From the IMG/VR virus record IMGVR_UViG_3300033067_001759, positions 1 through 39,498 of that record: a stretch of 39,498 bases of DNA; one strand, written 5' to 3'. The position numbers were made by a program, and so were the translations under genes. Below, piece after piece: positions 1-6,899 of this stretch (position 1 is the stretch's first letter; each line of letters starts with the position of its first letter). A model generated the notes under the pieces. The model did no database searches. It was not told the DNA's origin and saw nothing but the letters and a program-made list of their open reading frames with translations. Source of the DNA: a virus (taxonomy: Duplodnaviria; Caudoviricetes).

Positions 1-573
1 ATTGAATTAACAGATGGAAAAGTAGATGATCAGAAGGATATAAACGCATCATTTTTAAAACATCAGTTATCCAAAAAAGGTAAATTAAGTACAGAAAATT
101 CAGTAAAAAATACAGAAACTACAGATAATTCTGTTACATCACAACAAATATTAACCAGCAAACGCAATAAATCAACATCAGCAGGTACGGAAGAATCAGG
201 AAATGGATCACTTCATCAGTTAAATATTAAGAAAAAAGCGCTTGAAATTGAAAAGATTTCAGAAGAAACAGAACTTTTAAAGAAGAAAAATGAAAAAATG
301 GAAGGTGAATTAATACCAACTGGTATGGTTTCATCACTTCTTCAATTACATTTTTCCAGCGTATCTAGTCAATTTAAAAATTCTATTGAAAATATTTTAA
401 CAGAGTGGACCAAACGAAAAGATTTTAGCCGTGAAGAACTAGCGGAATTAAGAGGACAAATGACTGGTGAATTAAATAATTCAATAACAAAATCAGTAAA
501 AGAATCACAACGAAATTTGAATAAAGTACTGGAAGAATTTTCACTACGCAAAGGAGTTGGAGAAAGAATGTAA
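1..573 (+). CDS. terS: Terminase small subunit (Nu1-like), 5' partial
   Basis: Frame 1 is open from base 1 into the 298..573 ORF. LEIEKISEETELLKKKNEKMEGELIP resembles the coiled coil plus GELI motif of Nu1-like proteins. Lies upstream of a GpA-type terL. Confidence 0.65.
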   Translation: MELTDGKVDDQKDINASFLKHQLSKKGKLSTENSVKNTETTDNSVTSQQILTSKRNKSTSAGTEESGNGSLHQLNIKKKALEIEKISEETELLKKKNEKMEGELIPTGMVSSLLQLHFSSVSSQFKNSIENILTEWTKRKDFSREELAELRGQMTGELNNSITKSVKESQRNLNKVLEEFSLRKGVGERM

Positions 574-604
574 ACAAACAATTATTTAATATTTTCTATT
601 TAAA

Positions 605-1420
605 ATGCCACAATTATCACTATCAATCAGTCAAATTAAGTACATAGAAGCACACCGCTTAGAAGAAAGCGGCGCAGATATGGCGCGCAAATTTGGTGTA
701 TCAAAAAGTGTTGTAGGTGTTTATATGCGTAAGCATGGTTTAACTGTACCAAAATCAGTAGTAGGAAAATTTAAAGCCGAAGTTTTAAAAAACAGAACCA
801 CATCAGATGCAAAGACTGACAAATTTATAAAGAAAAATTATCTGCAGATGCCGATAAAATACATGGCGGCAAAGATAAACCGTTCTAATTGTTTCACTAG
901 AAAGCGTATGCAGCAACTTAATCTTATTGTTCCTGCAGAAATTATTGAACAACGAAAAAAAGACAGTCAGTTTAAGAAAGGACAGGAATCACATACAAAG
1001 GGAAAAAAAATGTCACCTGAAACTTACGAAAAAGTAAAAAAAACTATGTTTCAGAAAGGGCACATCACACATAATGCATATCCTGAAAATGGTACAATAG
1101 TAATCAGAAATGATAACAAAGGCAGACAATACAAATACATTCGTATTTCTTTAGGAAAATGGCAGTTGTTGCATCAGTACAATTACGAAAATAAATATGG
1201 AAAGATACCACCAGGACATTGTTTATGGTTTAAAGATGGTAATTCATTGAACTGTGAAGAAGAAAATATAGAACTAATTACCAGATCAGAAAATGCACGT
1301 CGGAACAGACAGAAGTTTCTGCAATTACCGGAAGAATTAAAAATGACTATAAAGATTGTATCAAAAATTAAACGAAAAATCAGAAAAAATGAGCACAAAA
1401 AACAAACTATCAGACCTTAA
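605..1420 (+). CDS. HNH endonuclease-family protein with N-terminal HTH
   Basis: FKKG/FQKGH repeats, then WQLLHQYNYENKYGKIPPGHCLWFKDGNSLNCEEENIELITRSENARRN (HNH_3-like pattern). Confidence 0.75.
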   Translation: MPQLSLSISQIKYIEAHRLEESGADMARKFGVSKSVVGVYMRKHGLTVPKSVVGKFKAEVLKNRTTSDAKTDKFIKKNYLQMPIKYMAAKINRSNCFTRKRMQQLNLIVPAEIIEQRKKDSQFKKGQESHTKGKKMSPETYEKVKKTMFQKGHITHNAYPENGTIVIRNDNKGRQYKYIRISLGKWQLLHQYNYENKYGKIPPGHCLWFKDGNSLNCEEENIELITRSENARRNRQKFLQLPEELKMTIKIVSKIKRKIRKNEHKKQTIRP

Positions 1421-1643
1421 CAATCACCTGTTCGAACAACTGGAAAGATTAAATGATGATGATTTAAAAGGCGAAGATCTTCAGAAAGAAATTGACCGGG
1501 CAAATGCTATGGCAGACATTGGTGGTGTAATTGTAAACAATGCCAAAGTGGTGCTAGCCGCATTCAAACGGATTAATCCGGATGGCGATGTGCTTCCTGA
1601 TATTTTTGAAAGCAGACAAATTGAAATAGGACATAAAAAATAG
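1389..1643 (+). CDS. Conserved small phage protein, commonly adjacent to HNH genes
   Basis: KNKLSDLNNHLFEQLERLND...EIDRANAM motif. The ATG at 1389 is the likelier start. Confidence 0.7.
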   Translation: MSTKNKLSDLNNHLFEQLERLNDDDLKGEDLQKEIDRANAMADIGGVIVNNAKVVLAAFKRINPDGDVLPDIFESRQIEIGHKK

Positions 1644-1645
1644 CC

Positions 1646-1873
1646 ATGCAATCACAACCAAAAACAGAATTTCAAAAATCATTCGAACAACTGCTGCAGC
1701 AGAATAAACAATTATTTGAAGATGTGGAACTAAATAGTAAAAGTGCAGATGAAGCTGCAATAGCATCAGCCAGTATTTTTCAGCAATTTATTAATAAAAT
1801 GCGCTATCCATCTGAACCTAAACTAAATATAATATCAGGAAATACAAATGAAAACACACAGGTATTAGTATAA
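1646..1873 (+). CDS. Hypothetical protein; its TAA stop is the core of the first array site
   Basis: 75-aa ORF starting 2 nt after the previous stop and ending in gtaTAAC. Confidence 0.6.
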   Translation: MQSQPKTEFQKSFEQLLQQNKQLFEDVELNSKSADEAAIASASIFQQFINKMRYPSEPKLNIISGNTNENTQVLV

Positions 1874-1998
1874 CGTCCGTCGGCTTTATCGTCGTTGCTT
1901 AGAATTAAAAAGAACCATTACAAATACACAAATACTATAAAATTATGAATACAGTTTTAGAAAATGCCGAAAGTAGCAATGCGTTAAAACCGATGTTA
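1871..1998 (+). repeat. attC-like hairpin site 1
   Basis: TAACgtccgTCGGctttatcgtcgTTGCT ... AGCAAtgcgttaaaaCCGAtGTTA. Confidence 0.75.
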
Positions 1999-2292
1999 GC
2001 ATTAGCCTTAACTTCACCTGCTTTAGAATGGCAATCAAATAGAAAAGGTCGTTGCAGTTATCCTGCAAATTTTAGAGGAAAAGTTCCTTTAAAAGTAAAA
2101 GTTGCTAAAAATGTAACTCCTGACTTACCAATGTTTAGTAATATTTTAGGAATACAGAAAGATGATATTTGCTTAAAAGACAACGAATACTATGTTTGGG
2201 TTAATTCTTATGGCGCAGTTTCCGCTATACTTCCAAATGGTAAAAAATTAGGATTACTACCTTCGGAATTCGATGTTACAGAATGGCACTAA
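1945..2292 (+). CDS. Cassette 1 hypothetical protein (starts inside the site 1 loop)
   Basis: 115-aa ORF. The unit is flanked by GTTAGCattagcctt and aaggttgatGCTAAC. Confidence 0.7.
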   Translation: MNTVLENAESSNALKPMLALALTSPALEWQSNRKGRCSYPANFRGKVPLKVKVAKNVTPDLPMFSNILGIQKDDICLKDNEYYVWVNSYGAVSAILPNGKKLGLLPSEFDVTEWH

Positions 2293-2304
2293 AAAGGTTG
2301 ATGC

Positions 2305-2397
2305 TAACGGTTGGGTATTTGTGTCAGGTTTTGCCTTGCACAATGCTCAATTCAAAGCACAAATGTTGATGGCAAAACTTGCACAAATACCTTGTTA
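2305..2397 (+). repeat. attC-like hairpin site 2
   Basis: TAACggttgGGTATTTGTGtCAGGTTTTGCC ... GGCAAAACTTGCACAAATACCttGTTA. Confidence 0.85.
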
Positions 2398-2468
2398 CCT
2401 GCTGATGCGGTTAATTATGGCAAAACTTTAATTGGAACACGAAACAAAAACATTTTAAATTTTAAGCG

Positions 2469-3044
2469 ATGGAAACAATTACAATTTTAATTATTTGCGG
2501 TTTTATGGGATGGTTTTTTGCTAAATCATTGCGAACTGAATCGACAAGTAAAAGCAATATTACCCGAATTGATGATAAGAATTGGATAGTGAACAACGAA
2601 TTTGTATCGTTTGAAGAAGATACTCCAATTCTTAGATTTAAACAGGAGATGGAAGATAATAAGCATTACCGCAATTATGAAAGCGAAAAACTAAGTAGGG
2701 ACAGAGAACGAATATTTAATGACTGGATGAAAACAACACAAGCCATTCACAAACACGCTGATTTGAAAAATTGTGTGACGGAAGAGAAGTTAGAAGCGAT
2801 AACAGAAAAATACGACAAGTATCTTTTTATGTGCAAAAAACTTGACGAAACAACAATGATATTGAGCAAGGAAGAATTTTTAATCAAAGAAGAAAACCCT
2901 GCGTTTTGTGTTGATTGGACTAATATGATGTGGTTTCCGAAACACTTAGGAATTTATGAAATACATAATGAAAAAACCGCAAGGTATTACAAGGGAAATA
3001 TGAATGAACTGATAGCAAAAGAATTTAAAACGAAATGGTATTAA
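2469..3044 (+). CDS. Cassette 2 protein with N-terminal membrane anchor
   Basis: Hydrophobic start METITILIICGFMGWFF; 191 aa. Confidence 0.7.
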   Translation: METITILIICGFMGWFFAKSLRTESTSKSNITRIDDKNWIVNNEFVSFEEDTPILRFKQEMEDNKHYRNYESEKLSRDRERIFNDWMKTTQAIHKHADLKNCVTEEKLEAITEKYDKYLFMCKKLDETTMILSKEEFLIKEENPAFCVDWTNMMWFPKHLGIYEIHNEKTARYYKGNMNELIAKEFKTKWY

Positions 3045-3118
3045 AAGTGCGTAGGCAAAAATTTAAAATGTTTTTTGAACCGAAATGTTATTGGGAACAC
3101 TAATGTAGCATTTGCAGG

Positions 3119-3243
3119 TAACGTTTTGCAGATACCCGAAGGAGGGATTAAGAAGTATAAAAATTAATATAACAAAAAATGTTTAATCGAAGCAAAAATG
3201 TTCATATAACCACTAAAACCCCTCTTTTGGGTATGTGCTGTTA
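3119..3243 (+). repeat. attC-like hairpin site 3
   Basis: TAACgttttGCAgATACCCGAAGGAGGG ... CCCTCTTTTGGGTATgTGCtGTTA. Confidence 0.85.
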
Positions 3244-3275
3244 TAAGCCGTTTTTCTTCACAAATCAACTTTAAA

Positions 3276-3533
3276 ATGATAACAGATAAATTAACAAGAG
3301 AACAACAGCAAGAGTTATTAAATACTCTTTTTGGATTTTACTTTGTAAACACCAATGATGACCATTGGGTATTGTATGACGAAGAAGGACATGAATTTTA
3401 CGGAAGTAATGAAAATTGTCAATTTGACTTTTCAACTCTTGCTGGTATATTTTCATATACTGCCCATAGAGCAAAAAATCAAGGGTATTCAGATTGTCAA
3501 TTTGCAATGCGTAAGGTTTTGGGTATCCGCTAA
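3276..3533 (+). CDS. Cassette 3 hypothetical protein
   Basis: 85-aa ORF with an A-rich leader, between GTTATAAGCCgtttt and aaaatGGCTTATAAC. Confidence 0.7.
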   Translation: MITDKLTREQQQELLNTLFGFYFVNTNDDHWVLYDEEGHEFYGSNENCQFDFSTLAGIFSYTAHRAKNQGYSDCQFAMRKVLGIR

Positions 3534-3542
3534 AATGGCTTA

Positions 3543-3747
3543 TAACGATTAACAGATTTATTTAGTTTTAAAAGTATTATTATGAGAAAACCAAAAGATA
3601 TTTTACATAAAAAATTGTATGCTTTTTTTATGATTTACGGTATAAAAACATCTGACAAATCAATACCATATATTGTTCAAGCAATGCAGGAATACGCAGA
3701 GGAATACCACCATTCCGAACTTTTAAAATTGAATAAATCTGATGTTA
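3543..3747 (+). repeat. attC-like hairpin site 4 (long coding loop)
   Basis: TAACgattaaCAGATTTATTtAGTTTTAAAAGT ... ACTTTTAAAATTgAATAAATCTGatGTTA. Confidence 0.8.
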
Positions 3748-3851
3748 TAAGTTCGGTTTGCAATCATACATGGAAACTTATGAGAAATACACACTATTTA
3801 TACAGATGCACAAAGTGTGGAATGCCAAACGAAATGCAAACTTACTTATAA
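3582..3851 (+). CDS. Cassette 4 small protein with C-terminal zinc-ribbon-like motif
   Basis: CNH...CTKCG motif. Reads through the right arm of site 4 as KLNKSDVISSVC; its stop is the next TAAC. Confidence 0.65.
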   Translation: MRKPKDILHKKLYAFFMIYGIKTSDKSIPYIVQAMQEYAEEYHHSELLKLNKSDVISSVCNHTWKLMRNTHYLYRCTKCGMPNEMQTYL

Positions 3852-3973
3852 CGTTTTGGGGCTTGTAGCAGTAGGGGATTTATAGCACTACTGTTCAACC
3901 TACCACCAAAGCTGATTAGAAGTACACAGCTCAAAATTTGCACTTCTGCCCCTATTGCTACAAACCCTTGTTA
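3849..3973 (+). repeat. attC-like hairpin site 5
   Basis: TAACgttttgGGGcTTGTAGCAGTAGGGG ... CCCCTATTGCTACAAaCCCttGTTA. Confidence 0.85.
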
Positions 3974-4013
3974 TGCGTTCGGGCTTTTGTTTAACGAATT
4001 AAATTTTAAAAAT

Positions 4014-4439
4014 ATGATAATAGCAATTGATTTTGATGGAACGTGTGTAACTCACGAATTTCCAAAAGTGGGAAAGGATATAAAAGCCGTTCCTGTACTA
4101 AAAGCATTGGTTGAAAATGGACACCAATTAGTATTATTCACAATGCGAAGTGATATAGTTAATCCTACTGGTGAGGATAACGAATTGCACCTTGAAAGTG
4201 GCAACTATTTAACCGATGCCGTTAATTGGTTCAAAGAAAATGAAATACCACTTTACGGAATACAAACTAATCCAACTCAACACACTTGGACTACAAGCCC
4301 AAAAGCTTATGCTCAAATGTATATTGATGATGCTGCATTAGGCTGTCCATTAACTTACGATAAAGAATATGCAGAACGTCCATTTGTGGATTGGACTGTT
4401 GTCGGTAATATGTTAAGGTGGAACGGTCTTTTAGCCTGA
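4014..4439 (+). CDS. Cassette 5 HAD-superfamily hydrolase (BT0820-like)
   Basis: IIAIDFDGT (motif I), LFTMR, SPKAYAQMYIDD (motifs III/IV). Confidence 0.85.
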   Translation: MIIAIDFDGTCVTHEFPKVGKDIKAVPVLKALVENGHQLVLFTMRSDIVNPTGEDNELHLESGNYLTDAVNWFKENEIPLYGIQTNPTQHTWTTSPKAYAQMYIDDAALGCPLTYDKEYAERPFVDWTVVGNMLRWNGLLA

Positions 4440-4443
4440 CGCA

Positions 4444-4571
4444 TAACGCTCTGGCGGCTTGCCGTTCGTTGGCGATTAAGAAGTAGAAAAATTCAAGATA
4501 GCAGAATATGAAAAAGAAACCAATAACTCCATTTAAACTGAAAACCGCCAATGACGGCAATGTGCCTGTTA
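4444..4571 (+). repeat. attC-like hairpin site 6
   Basis: TAACgctctGGCggcTTGCCGTtCGTTGGCG ... CGCCAATGACGGCAAtgtGCCtGTTA. Confidence 0.85.
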
Positions 4572-4759
4572 GCGGCAGTTTTATGAGTGTAGTTGCTTTG
4601 GAACGTCTAATTAAAAAGTGGAATGAAGATGCAGACAAAATAAAACTACTCACAGATGTAAAGGAAACAAAACATCAAAGAGAAGTAGCTAACCACTTTT
4701 TAATTCAGTTATACAAGTGTATAGGTGATGCAGAAGCGGAGTTGAAAAATTGCCGCTAA
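4508..4759 (+). CDS. Cassette 6 hypothetical protein (starts in the site 6 loop)
   Basis: 83-aa ORF; its stop is the TAA of the next core. Confidence 0.65.
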   Translation: MKKKPITPFKLKTANDGNVPVSGSFMSVVALERLIKKWNEDADKIKLLTDVKETKHQREVANHFLIQLYKCIGDAEAELKNCR

Positions 4760-4951
4760 CGTTTTGCAGATTTATTTAGTTTATTAATTTATACAATATG
4801 GAAGAAATTAAAAAGATACTTGAAGAAATAATGGATTATCAGATGAATAATGTTCAGTTAGCAAGAACTACTAAGCCATACTTATTGGCAAAGAAAGGAC
4901 TTGAAATTTTAAAAGGAACTGAAATTAATAAATTGAATAAATCTGATGTTA
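4757..4951 (+). repeat. attC-like hairpin site 7 (long coding loop, related to site 4)
   Basis: TAACgttttgCAGATTTATTtAGTTTATTAATTT ... AAATTAATAAATTgAATAAATCTGatGTTA. Confidence 0.8.
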
Positions 4952-5037
4952 TAAGTTCGGTTTGTGAGCATGAAAAAACATACTATTGCTTAGTTACTGG
5001 CGGAATGAGATGCAGAAAATGTAAAAGATGCTTATAA
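4798..5037 (+). CDS. Cassette 7 small protein with C-terminal zinc-ribbon-like motif
   Basis: KLNKSDVISSVCEH...CRKC; shares the arm-encoded peptide with cassette 4. Confidence 0.65.
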   Translation: MEEIKKILEEIMDYQMNNVQLARTTKPYLLAKKGLEILKGTEINKLNKSDVISSVCEHEKTYYCLVTGGMRCRKCKRCL

Positions 5038-5052
5038 CCACAAACTGACTTA

Positions 5053-5178
5053 TAACGTTGGTGCGCTTTGCGTCAGTTGCTGACTTAGAACCGCATATTT
5101 TCCAATAAACCAAAACAAAATTATGAAAACAAATAGTTCAAATACCACAGATTCAGCAATTGCGCAAAACGCCGGTTA
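5053..5178 (+). repeat. attC-like hairpin site 8
   Basis: TAACgttggtGCGcTTTGCGtCAGTTGCTGA ... TCAGCAATTGCGCAAAaCGCcgGTTA. Confidence 0.85.
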
Positions 5179-5641
5179 TGCGCTGCGCAAGAATGATTGT
5201 TTACGCACTCCAAAATATATTACGGATGCGCTCGGAACTTTCAATTTAGATCCGTGTGCTGGTGAACATACAAATATTGCAACTTTCAACCTTTGGGATG
5301 GTCGCGGCGAAAATGGATTAACGGCAGAATGGAACGGTTTTGTTTGGTGTAATCCGCCATTTTCTCAAAAAGAAATCTGGGCCCAAAAAATGATTGAGCA
5401 TAACAACGGAATTTTGATTTTGCCGGAACGCGGATCTGCTCCTTGGTTTGGACCATTAGCTAAAAAAACAGGATGTTATTTTGTTATGGGTAAAAAGATC
5501 AACTTCGAAGGCGGTAGTAGTTCTAATAATCTCGGAAGCATTTTATTTCCGTTCGGAGATCTTGCGGTACAAAGAATTGCTCAAAGCGGACTTCCGGGAC
5601 ATTTCGTGTCGGTTGAATGGTTCCGTGAGCGTCGCGCATAA
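5123..5641 (+). CDS. Cassette 8 phage DNA N6-adenine methyltransferase (phage Dam-like)
   Basis: TPKYITDALGTFNLDPCA, NGL, and the catalytic VWCNPPFS motif. Confidence 0.85.
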   Translation: MKTNSSNTTDSAIAQNAGYALRKNDCLRTPKYITDALGTFNLDPCAGEHTNIATFNLWDGRGENGLTAEWNGFVWCNPPFSQKEIWAQKMIEHNNGILILPERGSAPWFGPLAKKTGCYFVMGKKINFEGGSSSNNLGSILFPFGDLAVQRIAQSGLPGHFVSVEWFRERRA

Positions 5642-5735
5642 CGTTTTGCAGCTTGGTGTCTGTTATTTTGCCTTGCAGATACTTCAAGCATTAGATAAAA
5701 TTTATAGGCAAAATAATAGCACCAAATCGCTGTTA
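5639..5735 (+). repeat. attC-like hairpin site 9 (related to site 2)
   Basis: TAACgttttGCagcTTGGTGtCTGTTATTTTGCCT ... AGGCAAAATAATAGCACCAAatcGCtGTTA. Confidence 0.85.
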
Positions 5736-5770
5736 CCAGCAGTTAATATTCACAATTTAAAAACGAAAAT

Positions 5771-5998
5771 ATGATTTGGTATAAGATTGAAAACAAAAAG
5801 CCACTTGCCTATATGACTGGCGGATGGGATGGCAAAAAGAGCGACAAAGTATTAGTATGCACAAGAAGTGGTAGATACTACGTTGCGGAAATGTATGAAG
5901 GTATTTTAGATGGAAGCGAATTTTGCGACTTCTATGATGACCGAGATTTTGAAATTGAAAACGTGGCTTTTTGGACAGAGATTGATAGTCCGTTTTAA
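5771..5998 (+). CDS. Cassette 9 DUF551-like phage protein
   Basis: W..I..KKP...VLVC...Y.VA.....V.FW.EI..P pattern. Confidence 0.7.
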   Translation: MIWYKIENKKPLAYMTGGWDGKKSDKVLVCTRSGRYYVAEMYEGILDGSEFCDFYDDRDFEIENVAFWTEIDSPF

Positions 5999-6002
5999 TT
6001 GC

Positions 6003-6030
6003 TGGTAACATACAATATATACAGCAACCT
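6003..6030. other. Putative attI-like insertion site (lone core without a partner arm)
   Basis: tggTAACatacaatatatacagcaacc. It closes cassette 9, has A rather than G after TAAC, has no downstream GTTA arm, and lies about 55 bp before the recombinase. Confidence 0.55.
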
Positions 6031-6062
6031 ATCAAAATTATTAATAACCAAATAATTAAACC

Positions 6063-6899
6063 ATGAATATTCCCAAGTACATAGATTTATTCAGGAATGA
6101 AATTACCAGAAAAGGTTTTCGTCCGGCAACCATAAAAAACTATGTTAGCTGCATCGAATGCTTTCTACATTATTTTGAAGGTAAAGTTACGGAACCGGTA
6201 AAAATTAACGAACAACAGATCAAAGACTATCTGGCAACTTTTCAAACACAAAACACACAGCGCGCAAATCATTCTGCCATAAAATGTTTTTTTATATACA
6301 CACTGAAACAGCCAAACAAATTTAAATACATTGAATATTGCAAGCGCGATAGAAAATTACCGATTGTTTTATCTGTAGAAGAAATACAGAAACTATTTAA
6401 TGCCTGCACCAATGTAAAGCACAAAGCAATTTTGTCATTATTGTACAGCGCAGGGCTTCGAGTATCAGAAGTAATTAACCTGAAAATTACGCATATTGAC
6501 AGCAGCAGAATGATCATAAATATTATCAATGCAAAAGGTGGAAAAGACAGACAAGTAATGCTTAATCAAAACGTGCTGGAATTGCTGCGTACTTATTATA
6601 AAATGTACAAACCTAAAGAATATCTGTTTAACGGACAAAATTCACAGCAGTATTCTTCCAGAAGCATCAATGAGTTTTTAAAAACATATGCAGATAAAGC
6701 TGGCATTGAAAATAAAAGAATTTACGCACATCTGATGCGCCACACTTCATTTACGCACATGGTAGAAAACGGAACAGATATTAATCTTATTCAAAAATTA
6801 GCCGGACATTCTTCTGTAAAAACAACATTGCTGTACACGCACATCAGTCATAATCTAATAAAAAATATTCAATCACCAATTGCACAAATTAATTTGTAA
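6063..6899 (+). CDS. Integron-integrase-like tyrosine recombinase lacking the IntI-specific insertion
   Basis: N-terminal TIKNY SAM-like domain, LPIVLSVEE, GLRVSE, KGGKDR, HLMRH, LAGHSSVKTTLLYTH, terminal SP. R-K-H-R-H-Y residues are intact. Only a short linker precedes YLF. Confidence 0.9.
   Translation: MNIPKYIDLFRNEITRKGFRPATIKNYVSCIECFLHYFEGKVTEPVKINEQQIKDYLATFQTQNTQRANHSAIKCFFIYTLKQPNKFKYIEYCKRDRKLPIVLSVEEIQKLFNACTNVKHKAILSLLYSAGLRVSEVINLKITHIDSSRMIINIINAKGGKDRQVMLNQNVLELLRTYYKMYKPKEYLFNGQNSQQYSSRSINEFLKTYADKAGIENKRIYAHLMRHTSFTHMVENGTDINLIQKLAGHSSVKTTLLYTHISHNLIKNIQSPIAQINL

Larger units (their letters stand above)
1871..6899 (+). mobile_element. Integron-like cassette array (9 cassettes), attI-like half site and IntI-like recombinase
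   Basis: Nine TAACG...GTTA imperfect inverted repeats alternate with single small genes, immediately followed by a tyrosine recombinase. Confidence 0.85.

Noticed and set aside
1945-5641. Domain shuffling by crossover at the + strand G|TT inside ORFs
   Set aside because: Linkage of hairpin type to the downstream flank and the different reading frames at GTT argue that crossover is at TAA|C, leaving ORFs intact.
1871-5735. Hairpins as simple terminators or REP/MITE elements
   Set aside because: They lack U-tracts, have long loops and invariant TAAC/GTTA cores, and ORFs read through them.
1871-6009. CRISPR array
   Set aside because: The repeats are divergent hairpins separated by whole genes, not identical direct repeats with short spacers; no cas genes are present.
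1995-6009. Shufflon or invertible segments, since gene units have inverted ends
   Set aside because: All nine genes share one orientation and each has private end sequences, which fits excision and integration better. Inversion is not formally excluded.
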